A DNA stretch of 63,656 bases, filler included, from Octopus bimaculoides (taxonomy: Eukaryota), in NCBI RefSeq assembly GCF_001194135.2. It is 5 parts of 4 records of this genome, joined end to end, with 100 filler letters (N's around TTAATTAATTAA, not from the genome) between each part and the next. Parts side by side here need not be neighbours in the genome. Positions count along the whole stretch, not along the records: positions 33,156 to 37,333 come from NC_068983.1; positions 37,434 to 63,656 come from NC_068993.1; 3 more parts are not named here. One strand, written 5' to 3'. Position 1 is the first letter of the stretch. The number at the start of each line of letters is the position of its first letter. The notes beneath the pieces were generated by a model. That model saw only the letters and a list, made by a program, of their open reading frames with translations, had not been told where the DNA came from and did no database searches. Of the stretch, positions 36,765 to 49,488 are shown in pieces. The position numbers were made by a program, and so were the translations under genes.

Positions 36765-37432
36765 GACTAACACACTGCTTGGTAACCGAAGAATTTATCA
36801 CAAATGCCCTCTCTACAATAAGAAAAACGTTTTTTTTTTATGGATTATGAACGAGTGTACAAATGACAGCTCCGACATTTGAGTGGATTTTGTGTTAATG
36901 GAAGACAAGTTGAAGAGCAGATAAAATGGTAGTTTAACAAAAATGTGAGACTTTTGCGAAGGAGGAAGAGAGAAAAAAATTGAGAGAAAGAGAGAGAGTG
37001 AGAGAGATTACTGCTGAACAACGATTGGGCAACATAACAGACATTTGATGCTCATGTGATAAAAGAATATCTTTTATGTGATGTTTAAATATTACTGAAT
37101 TTCCATCTGGTGTGTCTCTTATGACATACCCCTTTTGTTCTTTTGAAATAAATGAAAGACGGTGTGGAAGAACAAGAAGTTTATGATGACGAAAAATTAA
37201 GTACAATCGAAAATTGTATCATGTTTATGCATTATGTATTCATGCTGGTTATAGTGTTCACCATATCTACATACACATACACTCACACGCACACACTCAC
37301 ATATACACACGTATGTATACTCATACATATAAANNNNNNNNNNNNNNNNNNNNNNNNNNNNNNNNNNNNNNNNNNNNTTAATTAATTAANNNNNNNNNNN
37401 NNNNNNNNNNNNNNNNNNNNNNNNNNNNNNNN

Positions 37433-37785
37433 NGTTGACAACAAATGGATTGGCCGACCAGTGGAATGCGTTCCTTCCGCAGAAAGCGGAAAAGTAAGCC
37501 TCCCAGTTTGGTCAGACTCGAAACGAACAAAACACGAAGATGAGGCGGTAGTAGATGATGGGTGCGATTTAAGCATTCGCCACCTCTGCCCCACCTTTCA
37601 GGGATAGCTTTTTCTCAGCCCATTTCTGGGTGAGATTGGCCCACTCTGCTCCCCACCACATCACCTGGTGATCTGGACGGAACCAGACCCTGAGAAATTT
37701 AACCGGTCCTTCTGTCCAGCGTCCCACGACGCTGTCGGAAGACATGGGCCTGCCTCTCCAGGTGTCGAGTTGCAGGCCCAATGAA
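37433..37785 (-). mobile_element. Tx1/L1-clade LINE fragment (post-RT region)
   Basis: GLQLDTWRGRPM..VGRWTEGPVKFLRVWFRPD..TQKWAEKKLSLKGGAEVANA. Confidence 0.75.
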
Positions 37786-38639
37786 CAGGTGGCCGACAGC
37801 TCCAGGCACAAAGGCATAAAACCCAGTTTAGTACAGCTCCACAAAACAGTGTCATTAGGGACAGCTAGGATACTTAGGTGGGTTCTTGGCATCTAAGGTT
37901 ACTTGTAGCCCGATGATAAGATTTTTCTCTTTTCCAACAGTCTAATCTGTTGTGTGTATATGAAAATAATAATAAAAAAAAAAAAAAAANNNNNNNNNNN
38001 NNNNNNNNNNNNNNNNNNNNNNNNNNNNNNNNNNNNNNNNNNNNNNNNNNNNNNNNNNNNNNNNNNNNNNNNNNNNNNNNNNNNNNNNNNNNNNNNNNNN
38101 NNNNNNNNNNNNNNNNNNNNNNNNNNNNNNNNNNNNNNNNNNNNNNNNNNNNNNNNNNNNNNNNNNNNNNNNNNNNNNNNNNNNNNNNNNNNNNNNNNNN
38201 NNNNNNNNNNNNNNNNNNNNNNNNNNNNNNNNNNNNNNNNNNNNNNNNNNNNNNNNNNNNNNNNNNNNNNNNNNNNNNNNNNNNNNNNNNNNNNNNNNNN
38301 NNNNNNNNNNNNNNNNNNNNNNNNNNNNNNNNNNNNNNNNNNNNNNNNNNNNNNNNNNNNNNNNNNNNNNNNNNNNNNNNNNNNNNNNNNNNNNNNNNNN
38401 NNNNNNNNNNNNNNNNNNNNNNNNNNNNNNNNNNNNNNNNNNNNNNNNNNNNNNNNNNNNNNNNNNNNNNNNNNNNNNNNNNNNNNNNNNNNNNNNNNNN
38501 NNNNNNNNNNNNNNNNNNNNNNNNNNNNNNNNNNNNNNNNNNNNNNNNNNNNNNNNNNNNNNNNNNNNNNNNNNNNNNNNNNNNNNNNNNNNNNNNNNNN
38601 NNNNNNNNNNNNNNNNNNNNNNNNNNNNNNNNNNNNNNN

Positions 38640-38962
38640 GAATGACAGCGAAACGGGCTGATTACTACCTAGCTCAGATACCAGGAAACCCCAAAATGGC
38701 TGAAGTCCAAAAGATAGTGCTCATGGGAACTGCCCATATCCTACGTAAAATACTGTCTATGTGATCTCAAATTTTAAAGCAAACATAATTTTCTTATGGT
38801 TTCTTAAACATTCACTTGAACAAAACTGTACAAATCCAAATATATGGTACCCTAGGCATAACACCTACATGAACTTCTAACTTGTTGTCTCTTGAGGTCT
38901 CTGGGTGAGACTTGGATCCAACTTGTACAAATGCAAAACAAAAGTCAAACATAAAATAATAA
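38640..38962 (+). mobile_element. R4/Dong-type LINE 3' end with (AAT)n tail
   Basis: YLAQIPGNPKMAEVQKIVLMGTAHILRKILSM* plus a 3' UTR closely matching 55665-55985. Confidence 0.9.
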
Positions 38963-38965
38963 TAA

Positions 38966-39491
38966 TAATAACAAATACCCTGGTGCACTACTAGGTACTG
39001 GCTCTCATAGCTTCTTATCTTAACTGATAGGAAGTGTTATCATGTACATGTTTTATCTTAGTATAAAAAGATGGGCTACAGCAAATATTCTGCTCAATAC
39101 CACAGATCTGCTTGTCAGTTGTTTGACCTTAACCAGTTGAGCATGTCCCTTGGTGGCTGACGATATGTGCATCTCTGATCACGAGCAGAAGTAGTGAGTG
39201 AGCATCATGGCCACGTGTTGAGAAGAATTCTTTGGAGTTTGAATAACTCTGGAAACGTGAGTGTTAAGGACCATTTGTGCGGGATGGGCTACTCGACCTG
39301 AAGAAAATTCTAACTGGGCCCCACCTGTAAGGTCATGCGCTGTTTATCTTGATATGAGATCATCATGTTGCACACATATGATTGTGATGCATGTACCTGG
39401 TGAACCCTTATCAGACGGGTAGTCATGATGGGTATACTGGGCTTCGTATATTTTACCCCAGTGTCACTTTGATGGCATGCACTGCTCTCTC

Positions 39492-39495
<4 letters not shown>
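38966..39495 (-). mobile_element. Unclassified ~530-bp interspersed repeat
   Basis: Homologous to 55996-56505, 56582-57115 and 9445-10600, and bounded by (AAT)n/(ATT)n. Strand is inferred from the truncation pattern. Confidence 0.8.
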
Positions 39496-39568
<73 letters not shown>

Positions 39569-39590
39569 GTAATAATAATAATAATAATAA

Positions 39591-40315
39591 TGTATGTAAA
39601 AAGGAAAGAAGGAGGACGGGGATTGGTGGGTTGTGAAGGTTGTATAAGGGTAGAGGAGAATAGCATGGCTTGGCATGTCAAGGGGAGTAAAGAAGAAATG
39701 ATTGAAGCAGTGAATATGCAGAGAACTTTAAAAATGAACGAAGCTGTAGATCCAACACAATTTAAGAAAGACCAGAGAGAGCAGAGGAAGAAACTTTGGC
39801 AGGACAAAAAAATGCACAGTGAGTTCTTGAAGAATAAAGATGAGATTGATGGGAATGGGTGCAGAAAGGAGACTTAAAAGGGCCCACTGAGCATTAGTGT
39901 GCAGCACTCAAGAACAAGCTCTCAGAACAAACTACTCCAAATATCACATTGATAAAAGCACTGACTCGCCACAATGCAGGATGTGCTCTGAGAAGGGAGA
40001 AAGTATAAGCCATATTGTTAGTGAGTGTTGTAAGCTCGCACAACGCGAATACAAAAGGAGATACGACAATGTGGCCAGATATGTCCACTGGCTGTTGTGC
40101 GGTAAATCAAACCCCGAGGGAGCCGAACAATGGTATGAACACAAACCAGAACGAGTAATGGAATATGAATACGGCAAAATACTCTGGGATTTGAACATAC
40201 AGTGCGACCAAGTCATAGAGGCAAGACGGCCAGGTACCGTGATCATCCATAAAGATGAAACAGAAGCAAGAACAATAGATGTTGAAATACCAGGCGATTC
40301 GAGAGTCAAATGTAT
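39591..40315 (+). mobile_element. R4/Dong-type LINE fragment (thumb, CCHC knuckle, RLE start)
   Basis: YVKRKEGGRGL; QEQALRTNY; CRMCSEKGESISHIVSEC; KILWDLNIQCDQVIEARRPG. Confidence 0.9.
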
Positions 40316-40367
40316 GGAAATAGTACTGGAACTGAACCCGAAATCATATGGTTGGTAAGCAAGCTAC

Positions 40368-43070
40368 TTTATTTCATAAATATTTGCCATAAATGCATTA
40401 CAAAGAGGGGACGAACAAGGACAGACAAACATAAAAGGGGTGAAGTAGCTGTATCGATTAAATATTTACAATTTTAAATATACAAGAATAATTTGATTAT
40501 ATTTACAATGTTCGATTAAAGCATTGCTCATTACAGATGCAATTTGTAATGGCTTTCCTGAAGGATAGGCATCCGACCACTAGGGTAGACCCCTTGCTTT
40601 TTCTTTCCCTTGTTTTTGGCTTCCACTTACCTGGTGCCAAAACACTCCCAGCTTCCTCGCCACAGGCTTCCATCTTCTCATGAATCTGTCTCGTGACAAG
40701 TACCTCTTCTCCAGCATGATCTTACTACTGAGGTGGTAGCAAAAAAAGTTAACTAACCCTGGCCAGATACAAAGGTATCCGTCACTATGCCTCTTACGCG
40801 CGTCTTCCATACTGTTTCTTTCAGTATGGCTACTTCGCAGGAAAAGCAAGCCTTCCTTTCCCTGTTGAGGGAAGGAGGCGGCACAATCTCGATCGACTTG
40901 TCCGTGTTAACCTTTGCTCTTGCCACCGCCTCGTAACTTTTGATAGCCTCTTCCACCACTGGAAGCTGGCCCTCATCCGTCACGCTGATGGTGATGTCAT
41001 CCGCATACGCCGTAGCTCCTCTTCTACACCATAGATCATGCGGTGCACCCCCTATCGCCTCCATCCTCCGCAGCAATGGCTCGAGGGCCAACACATACAA
41101 AAGCGGAGACAGGGGACACCTCTGCCGCACTGAGCGTTCGATCCCGAACGGCTTCGAAAGGAAACCGTTCACTTCTACGACAGACTCGATGTCGCTGTAC
41201 AACGCAGCAATCCAACCGCGGAAGGTCGGGTCTAGGCCAGCCTTCCCGAGGATCGCCGCCAAGTACCGATGGTCGACCCTATCGAAAGCCTTAGACTGGT
41301 CTAAATGTACCAGTGCCCCCCACCCCTGCACCAGAAAGTTTTTCCACCCTNNNNNNNNNNNNNNNNNNNNNNNNNNNNNNNNNNNNNNNNNNNNNNNNNN
41401 NNNNNNNNNNNNNNNNNNNNNNNNNNNNNNNNNNNNNNNNNNNNNNNNNNNNNNNNNNNNNNNNNNNNNNNNNNNNNNNNNNNNNNNNNNNNNNNNNNNN
41501 NNNNNNNNNNNNNNNNNNNNNNNNNNNNNNNNNNNNNNNNNNNNNNNNNNNNNNNNNNNNNNNNNNNNNNNNNNNNNNNNNNNNNNNNNNNNNNNNNNNN
41601 NNNNNNNNNNNNNNNNNNNNNNNNNNNNNNNNNNNNNNNNNNNNNNNNNNNNNNNNNNNNNNNNNNNNNNNNNNNNNNNNNNNNNNNNNNNNNNNNNNNN
41701 NNNNNNNNNNNNNNNNNNNNNNNNNNNNNNNNNNNNNNNNNNNNNNNNNNNNNNNNNNNNNNNNNNNNNNNNNNNNNNNNNNNNNNNNNNNNNNNNNNNN
41801 NNNNNNNNNNNNNNNNNNNNNNNNNNNNNNNNNNNNNNNNNNNNNNNNNNNNNNNNNNNNNNNNNNNNNNNNNNNNNNNNNNNNNNNNNNNNNNNNNNNN
41901 NNNNNNNNNNNNNNNNNNNNNNNNNNNNNNNNNNNNNNNNNNNNNNNNNNNNNNNNNNNNNNNNNNNNNNNNNNNNNNNNNNNNNNNNNNNNNNNNNNNN
42001 NNNNNNNNNNNNNNNNNNNNNNNACTCGGCAAAGTGCTTGTGAAGCGCCTCGCACATCTCGTCCCATCCATCGACCGAACACCCATTATCATTGACAAGA
42101 GACCTAATTGTGGCATCATTGCCACACTGGGTTTCTACCGTACGGGCCCATCCGGCAACGTTAATTCCCTCACGGCCCAATGCGCGTACTTTAGCCCGAA
42201 CTCTGCACCCCTTGTGTTTGGCTTTGAGGTGACGGTCCAAGGCCGTTCTCGCTGCCAAAATGTGAGATGCAGAGCCCAACCTCAACGTCTCCTCTAGGTC
42301 CTTAACTAGTTGTCCTTTTATTCTGGCCTTATCTAGTTTAGCTGACGGCTAAACCTAATAGACTCAAAACGAATGGCTCTCTTGAGGGCGAACCACCATC
42401 GGTTGTTAACCACAGCGCCGGTACTAACCCTTTAATCCGGCTATGGTATGCCTCGCAAGTCAAAATAGACTTGTTCAGCTTTCAGTAGCCGGTTCCTCTC
42501 TTAACTGTACTATCTACATCCAGTGTACACTTGACCATTCTATGGTCAGTGTAAGCTACTTGATCGAGCTGTGGACAGCTAAAACTAGACTTATCTCCAG
42601 TCCTTATCACTATTCTATCTAAGTAAGACTTGAACCTTCCATCGCCGCTCATCCAGGTCCACTCTGGGACGTTCGGATGGTCAAGTCTGTAACGATCTGC
42701 CAGCTGAAAACGCTTAAGCAGATCTACGACGCAAGAGTTTACTTTCCTATGGATCGAGCCAACGCTATCGATGCGTGCATCAACTATAGCGTTATAGTCT
42801 CCTAACACCATTAATGTCTTCGACGTTACGAGAAAGTTCTCTAAGCGCCGATAATAATCAGTTTGAAATCCTCTAGCACAAGGTGCATAGATCCCGATCA
42901 ACCTGAAGGCCTTACTGCTGTATGTCACATCAAGGACGACCAGCCCACCTTCTGGGTCTACATAGACTGTACTTGTCTGCAGAGCCAAGCCTTTTCGAAC
43001 CAGTACTACTACACCCCCTCACCCTCCGGTCCGGCTAGGAGACATGATTTTCTCGTAGTCATTTAGGAGN
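40368..43070 (-). mobile_element. Tx1/L1-clade LINE (APE plus RT plus C-terminus and 3' UTR), internally deleted, with gap
   Basis: APE: RLIGIYAP, LGDYNA, WTW..SYLDR, TDHRMV, GTGY. RT: LDQSKAFDRVDH, VRQRCPLSPLLY, AYADD. Minus-strand AATAAA at 40368-40373. Confidence 0.92.
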
Positions 43071-43296
43071 NNNNNNNNNNNNNNNNNNNNNNNNNNNNNN
43101 NNNNNNNNNNNNNNNNNNNNNNNNNNNNNNNNNNNNNNNNNNNNNNNNNNNNNNNNNNNNNNNNNNNNNNNNNNNNNNNNNNNNNNNNNNNNNNNNNNNN
43201 NNNNNNNNNNNNNNNNNNNNNNNNNNNNNNNNNNNNNNNNNTTATTATTATTATTATTATTATTATTATCATCATCATTATTATTAGTAGTAGTAT

Positions 43297-44035
43297 TATA
43301 AAATGGCAAAAAAGAGAAGTGAGGAAAATGGAAACCAAGACCAGAAAAAGGTTGACAGTACACGGAGCCTTCCACCGTAAGAGTGACACCGATAGGCTTC
43401 CAGAAGAAAAGGTGGGAGAGGTTTGATCAGTTGCCGGGACTGTATCGAAGCAGAGGAAAACAGTCTAGAGTGGTATATAAAAATGCCGTGGAGCCACTGT
43501 TGAAACACACGAAGAAGGCCGGCGTCATTAAAACTGAAAATTGTGTAACTAAAGGAAAATTTAAACAATAAATGACCAAAGAAAAAAAGAAAAAACATGA
43601 AAGGAAAAGAAAATGTTCGGTCAGTTTACAAGAGATGTGAACGCCAAGACAGATGCAGAGGACCGGTGGCTATGGATGAGGAGGAGTGTCCTGAAGATAG
43701 AGACAGAAGCACTCATATGCGCAGCTCAGGATCACGCGTTAAGAACCAGTTACATGAAATGCAGAATAGACAACACTACCGATAGCGACAAAAGCAGAAT
43801 GTGTGGTGAGAGGGGTGAAACGGTATGGCACATCGTTAGTGAGTGCCTGAAATTGGCACACCCAATGCAGGGAGAGCAAAAGATAGTATTAAGAGTTAAC
43901 TGCAAACGTAAACAGACTGCACATGAAAAGAAAGAAAAGTGGCTGAGGACTGATTAGTATAGACCATTGTATAAGGAGTGAAAGGAGAACGCTTGCTGAG
44001 TATTTGATAAATAGTGACGAAGATCTGCTGCAATA
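43297..44035 (+). mobile_element. R4/Dong-type LINE fragment(s)
   Basis: HGAFHRKSDTDRL; EENSLEWY; MFGQFTRD; LKIETEALICAAQDHALRT; ETVWHIVSECLKLA. Confidence 0.88.
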
Positions 44036-44214
44036 GACTGGGATCCATATTATTATTGATAATCTTAAATGCTATAGGCAGAACGATGGTGGTAATGATA
44101 ATCACTGTGGTTATGGAGGCGACTCAATGCAAGCACGTTATTTGTATATATGTGTATGTATATACATGTGCACGTGTTTATACAAATAAAGAGAGGAAGA
44201 GAGAGATGGGATCT

Positions 44215-46765
44215 CACTAACAACTCTCGCGGGAAACCCACGAACGACTCATGAAATCATGATGCAACACAAGGAAAAAATTAACGGCGAGAATGAAGCC
44301 GATCATGGTGAAAGTTTCCCGCCCGGCACGTCCGAAGCCACCCGCATTAGAGGCAGTGATCTGGCATCGGACGGCCGTTATGTCACAACAGATCACATAC
44401 ACGGTGTGCGCAAAAACAGACATAAGTGGATGAAGGAAGAGTACGATACACTTATTGAATGTCATGAAAAAGCAAAGCTGGAAAGAAGTCGCGGTGTAGG
44501 CCGACGTACCATGAAATTTTGGATGGAAAAGGACATGTGTGCAATGTCAGAAAATAAACTAATGAACCAAGTGAGAGTGATTAGGAGGAAGGATTACTTA
44601 ACAGGAATAGAAATATCTCAGATTAGTGAGAGTCTGAGAGCCCTGTGGATTGGCTATGAAGGTTGGTCGGAGTTGAAAACAGATAAGAATTGAAAGCATG
44701 GAGAAGAGTAGACAGGAGGAACAGGGAATGGTGTTGGGGCTATTAAGGATGACGAACAGGAACGTTATACAGTGAACCCTGATACTGCGGTGGGTGGACA
44801 TGCAGGGGAAATGAACAAATTAGATAACGAATCTCTTGAAATTCAAAGACGACTCACCGACTTGATGAATGCTCCAGAAGAAAAAATCCACACGAATATG
44901 AGATGGGTAGATAGGAGTATGATAAATAAAGTAACACAAAAGATAAATACTGTCATACCACACATCCAGACGGAGGACATAACACAAACAAGGAATCTTC
45001 TCCGGGCTATTGCGCTACTTGTTGAGAAGAAACTACAACTTAAGAGAACAAAAAATGGCGGAGCAAAAGAACCATGGTGGAAACGACACATTGAAAGGGA
45101 TATAATGTGGGCAAGGCAAGATCTAGGAAAAATAAAGCAATGGTTAAGAGGAAACTGGAAAAAAAAATTAGAGAAGAAATATAAAACACGGAAGAACGAG
45201 ATTGATGAATTAATAGAGCAGTTAAAACAGAGGATCATGACAAAAAGCCACGATCCTCTGTTTTTGGGGAAAAGAAATAAGCAGTTCGAGAATAGATTGT
45301 TCAAAAATAACCCGAAGCAATTCTTCTGAACTTTAGGAGACAATGGGGAAAATATTACTCCTGAAGCAAATCAAGCCAAAGAGTTCTGGAACGGATTATG
45401 AGGAAACAGTGTGGTGCATAAAAGGCATGCAAGGTGGATAGGAACTATCAAGAGAGTTACAAGAAGGAAGGAAACAAAGGAATATTGTCATAAGCACGGG
45501 TGATGTGAAAGAACAAATGGGTAAAGTTCCTAACTGGAAAGCCCCCGGACCAGATTGGATTCATGAATTCTGGCTGAAGAGATGCCACGCGGTGCATGAA
45601 AGACTAGCAGCCCAATTGAATGAGAGTGCCCAGAAAGGTACAGTCCCCGCGTTGATGGTGACTGGAAGGAAAACACTTGTAATGAAAGATAGAAGAAAGA
45701 GGGAATGTTGTGGGAAACTACCGTCCCATAGCATGCCTAAACATAATCTAGAAGATACTCACTGGAATATGTACGGCAAAGACATATACTCCCCTGGCAC
45801 AGGAAGAAATACTACCTGGTCATCGATAAAACAGTTCTGAGGCATTGTAAAAATAAACATCATATAAACATGTCTATGGCTTGCATTGACTTTAAGAAGG
45901 CATATGACATGAAGCCTTATTCTTGGATCGTTGAATGCCTGCAGATGTTTGGTGTTGCTGACAACATCACAAATTTTCTGTGCATGAAAGAGTGAAAAAC
46001 CAAATTGTACTCAAGTAATGTATTCCTTGGAGAAGTTAATATTAAAAGGGGAATCTTCCAAACTGACTCGTTTTCTCCGTTACTTTTTGTAATTGCACTA
46101 ATACCCATAACAATGACATTTAGGAAAGTTAAAATGGTTTACCGATGTGGGAAGAAAGGCCCATCATTGAACCATCTTCTGTTTATGGATGAACTGAAAT
46201 TGTTTGGGAAATCTGAAAAACTGATAGATCCCTTAACCAAAAAAGTCCAGAAGTGTGGTAGGAACATCGGTATGGAATTTGGGATTAACAAATGCTCAAT
46301 ACTTAATATGAAAAGAGGGAAGAGAGGAGCCTGCAGAGGATTGCGGTTACCATCAGGAGAGACCATGAGTGAACCCGACGGTAGTGGGTATAGATATTTA
46401 GGGATTTGGGAGCTGGATGACATTCTACACAGAGAAATTAGAGTCAAGGCCAGCGAGGCGTATCAAAAAGGGGTGAAGATGGTGTTGAAATCCAACTTGA
46501 ATGCCAAAAATTTGATTACCGCAATGAATATCTGGGCAATTGCGGTGGTCAGATAAAGTGCATCCATCTTCAAATGGATTAAGGATGAAATATCAACACT
46601 GGAAAGAAGGACGAGAAAGTTGATGACGCTGCATGGGGCGCTACGCTCTGAAGCAAACGTAAAACAGACTGTCTATGAAAAGAAAGAATGGTGGCAGAGG
46701 ACTAATTAGTATAGACCATTCTATAAGGAGCGAAAGGAGAACGCTTGCAGAGTATTTGATAAATT
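44215..46765 (+). mobile_element. R4/Dong-type LINE retaining the N-terminal region and RT (many stops and frameshifts)
   Basis: RHKWMKEEYDTLIECH..NKLMNQVRVIRRK; EPWWKRHIE; PNWKAPGPDWIHEFWLK; DFKKAYD; RGIFQTDSFSPLLFVIALIP; LNHLLFMDELKLFGK; YRYLG. Confidence 0.92.
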
Positions 46766-46769
46766 TTCA

Positions 46770-47515
46770 AGATATCACTAGCGGCATTTTCTTCCAGGAA
46801 AAAAAAAAAACAAAAAAAAAACGCTTCAGGCAATTTTTAGAAGTTTTGAATCAAGGTATTGAATTTTCTGCTCATGAAATAAATTTCTACTAGGCATGCA
46901 CTTCCAGAAAAGTGCAGTTTCACCAACATTGTTTACATGCTCTGGCGTGAAGCCACTTTCGCAATAATATTCTTTAGAATAATTAACATCAGCCACTTTA
47001 TCAGTAACGACAGCTTCACCAGTTATTTTTACGTTGAACGAATTCGAATGCTTGTTAAACCTTCCTAACAAGCCTTTTGCAACCAGAAAAGGCTTTACAT
47101 CAGCAAATTGTCATAGAATCATTTCCTTCTTTTTCAATCACAGTTGTGCTTATCGGCACATTACGTTGAGCTTGATCCTCGATTCATACACTGAAGAGCA
47201 GTTCCGCTTTAAGCATCACATTTGATCTATAAAAATATAGGATCCAAGCAGTTAACGTTTTAGCTTCTCGAATAATCGACTTAATTTTATTTCTATTGTC
47301 ATGCATTGTCTACACTACAGATGTGGTAAGCTTATCAAATCTTTTAAAAGTATGTTTAATGTCCAGAGTAATCCCTTTACGGCTCTTTTTGGCAACAATG
47401 CCTTCAATTCTAATTCATGGCCTGATTCCAAACATTTCGAATTGTCAATAAATCCAACAGCGGCAACGATCAACAGTTATTCTCAACAAATACGTAGTTA
47501 AAAACCCTATCTGTA
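46770..47515 (-). mobile_element. Tigger/pogo-type DNA transposon, 5' remnant
   Basis: KSRKGITLD; IEDQAQRNVPIS; LGRFNK..NVKITGEAVVTD; FTPEHVNNVGETALFWKCMPSR (CENP-B-type HTH and the start of the DDE domain). Confidence 0.8.
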
Positions 47516-49488
47516 AAGAACTTTTATGAGAGAGAAAAAAAAAAAACGTTATCTTATTCTTGGGGAAGAAAGAACGGAAATGAGATGAGAGGATGAAAGA
47601 GTGGGATAGGAGGAAGAACTCAATGATTACAGTTAATTAAAGGGTTACCAGCTTCTGGACACTTCGTCTTTTGCGCCTCTGACTTAAACCATTAAACAAT
47701 ATTCATACTACTCTCCCCCTCACACACATGTACAATGGTGTGTATATGTGTGTGCATATATGTGTATATATGAGTAAGGGCAATATATGAAGCTAAAGTT
47801 ATTGCTACCTTATTGTTGTCAGTTGGTTATTCAAATGTTGGTGTGTTGGTAGTAGTGGTGAACTTTTAGTATCGGTGATGGTTGGGGATGATGATGGTGG
47901 TAATGATGATGATGATGATGATGATAATTATGATGAAGGTGGTGGTGGTGGCGGTGGCCGTATTGTTCTTGCTGTTTAGTCTTAGGTTAATTTTCATTGA
48001 CCTAGGATCAAAGACCTTTCATCCAGCGTTTAAATTTTCTCCTGTGGCTGTCTTTAACTTCAGACAGGGTTGGCTTATCCTGTTCACACTATTGTTCTTG
48101 ATTTTATTAGTCATTATGGAGTTCATGGGTTGGTAATGGCGATGGTTGCATTGGTTTTGGTCTTGTTGTCATGTTGATGATGGTGGAAATGGGTAGGTAG
48201 GTAGGTAGATATTTATTATGGCCCAAGAAAATGTGCAAAAACAAAAGTATTCCCAGTGAAGCATTCCACCTCACACTCTGTAAATGTTTAAAATGACGCA
48301 TCCAGAAGCACTTTCATATGCACGCGCGCGTATATCACGATTACAGTTTTTTAAATTATCAAGTACTTTGATCTTAGCAAGAGCTTCGAGAAACGGCTTT
48401 TTTGGTTAAAAAGAAAATGTAATTCATGAAAATGTAATTCATGAAACTTTATCAGTTTCCGTAAGGGCGAACTTACAAACCGTATCCTGAAATTAGTTGT
48501 CATTCTTTACAATTTCCATTAGTACCAAATCATGCAACCGTAAAATGGTGGGTGTTTGTAATAAAGTTTTTACGTAAAACTTGTCGCCATTTTCATATTG
48601 GTTCTGTCGTGCTAAAACAAACGAATTCCAAACAATAAAGAAATAGAATGGTCTTTTATATTACTACGGCTATTCGCAAAATATACTAACGCTATAAGAA
48701 TGACAAACAGCAAATTGAGAGTATTTTGAGGAAATTTCGATGTAACATTTACATGTTTATCAAACGGAAATGTAAATATTATTAATCACGGTTTTATGGA
48801 TCTAAATTAAAAGAAAGTGTGAAAAATTGCTGCGTGATTTCGAGAAGAGAAATATTATTATTTTTTTAAATCATGATATTCTTGAAATACGGAAACGAAA
48901 ACGAAATAATGTTTTCTACAGAAGTAGTACAGCAATAGTTGCCAATATAGAAAGTCCGTATTTTCTTTGACTCCGTTTTTCTGTTGCTGACTAGTTTTTA
49001 AAATTTTTTAATTAAGTAAAAATTTTTAGATTTGATATATTGATGTAATTTTTCACGTTGAATCTAAATTTTGTTCTAGAAAAATTTTAGAAAAATATTA
49101 GAGAAGCTTATTATTTAGCTCCAATGCATCTCTAGAATATGTTGACGTGCATTAACTCCCTCGCCTTACTGGTATTACTACCCCTCTAAATGACTCAAAT
49201 GACTTGAATGATAGATATTATTTTACAATTATAATGGCTACTTTATTAAACACCCAAAATTGGCAGCAAAATAAGTAATGACATCAAAAAATAATAAATG
49301 AGAAAGATTAATAGTGCAAATAGCACCATCTAGTAACCGGGTTGCATTACAGCGGCGCCTGCTTATTCAGTATCACAGTGTTTCGTCAACTTCTGACAGT
49401 GATGCATGTGACTTTCTCTTAAAAGTGACAATAGTTTACACAGCATCATCGCAGACTCGCATTTGTTTGATTGTTTAAGGAAACAATT

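Noticed and set aside
48580-48600. AAAATGGCGAC (YY1-like) motif on the minus strand
   Set aside because: A single short motif with no supporting exon or promoter context.
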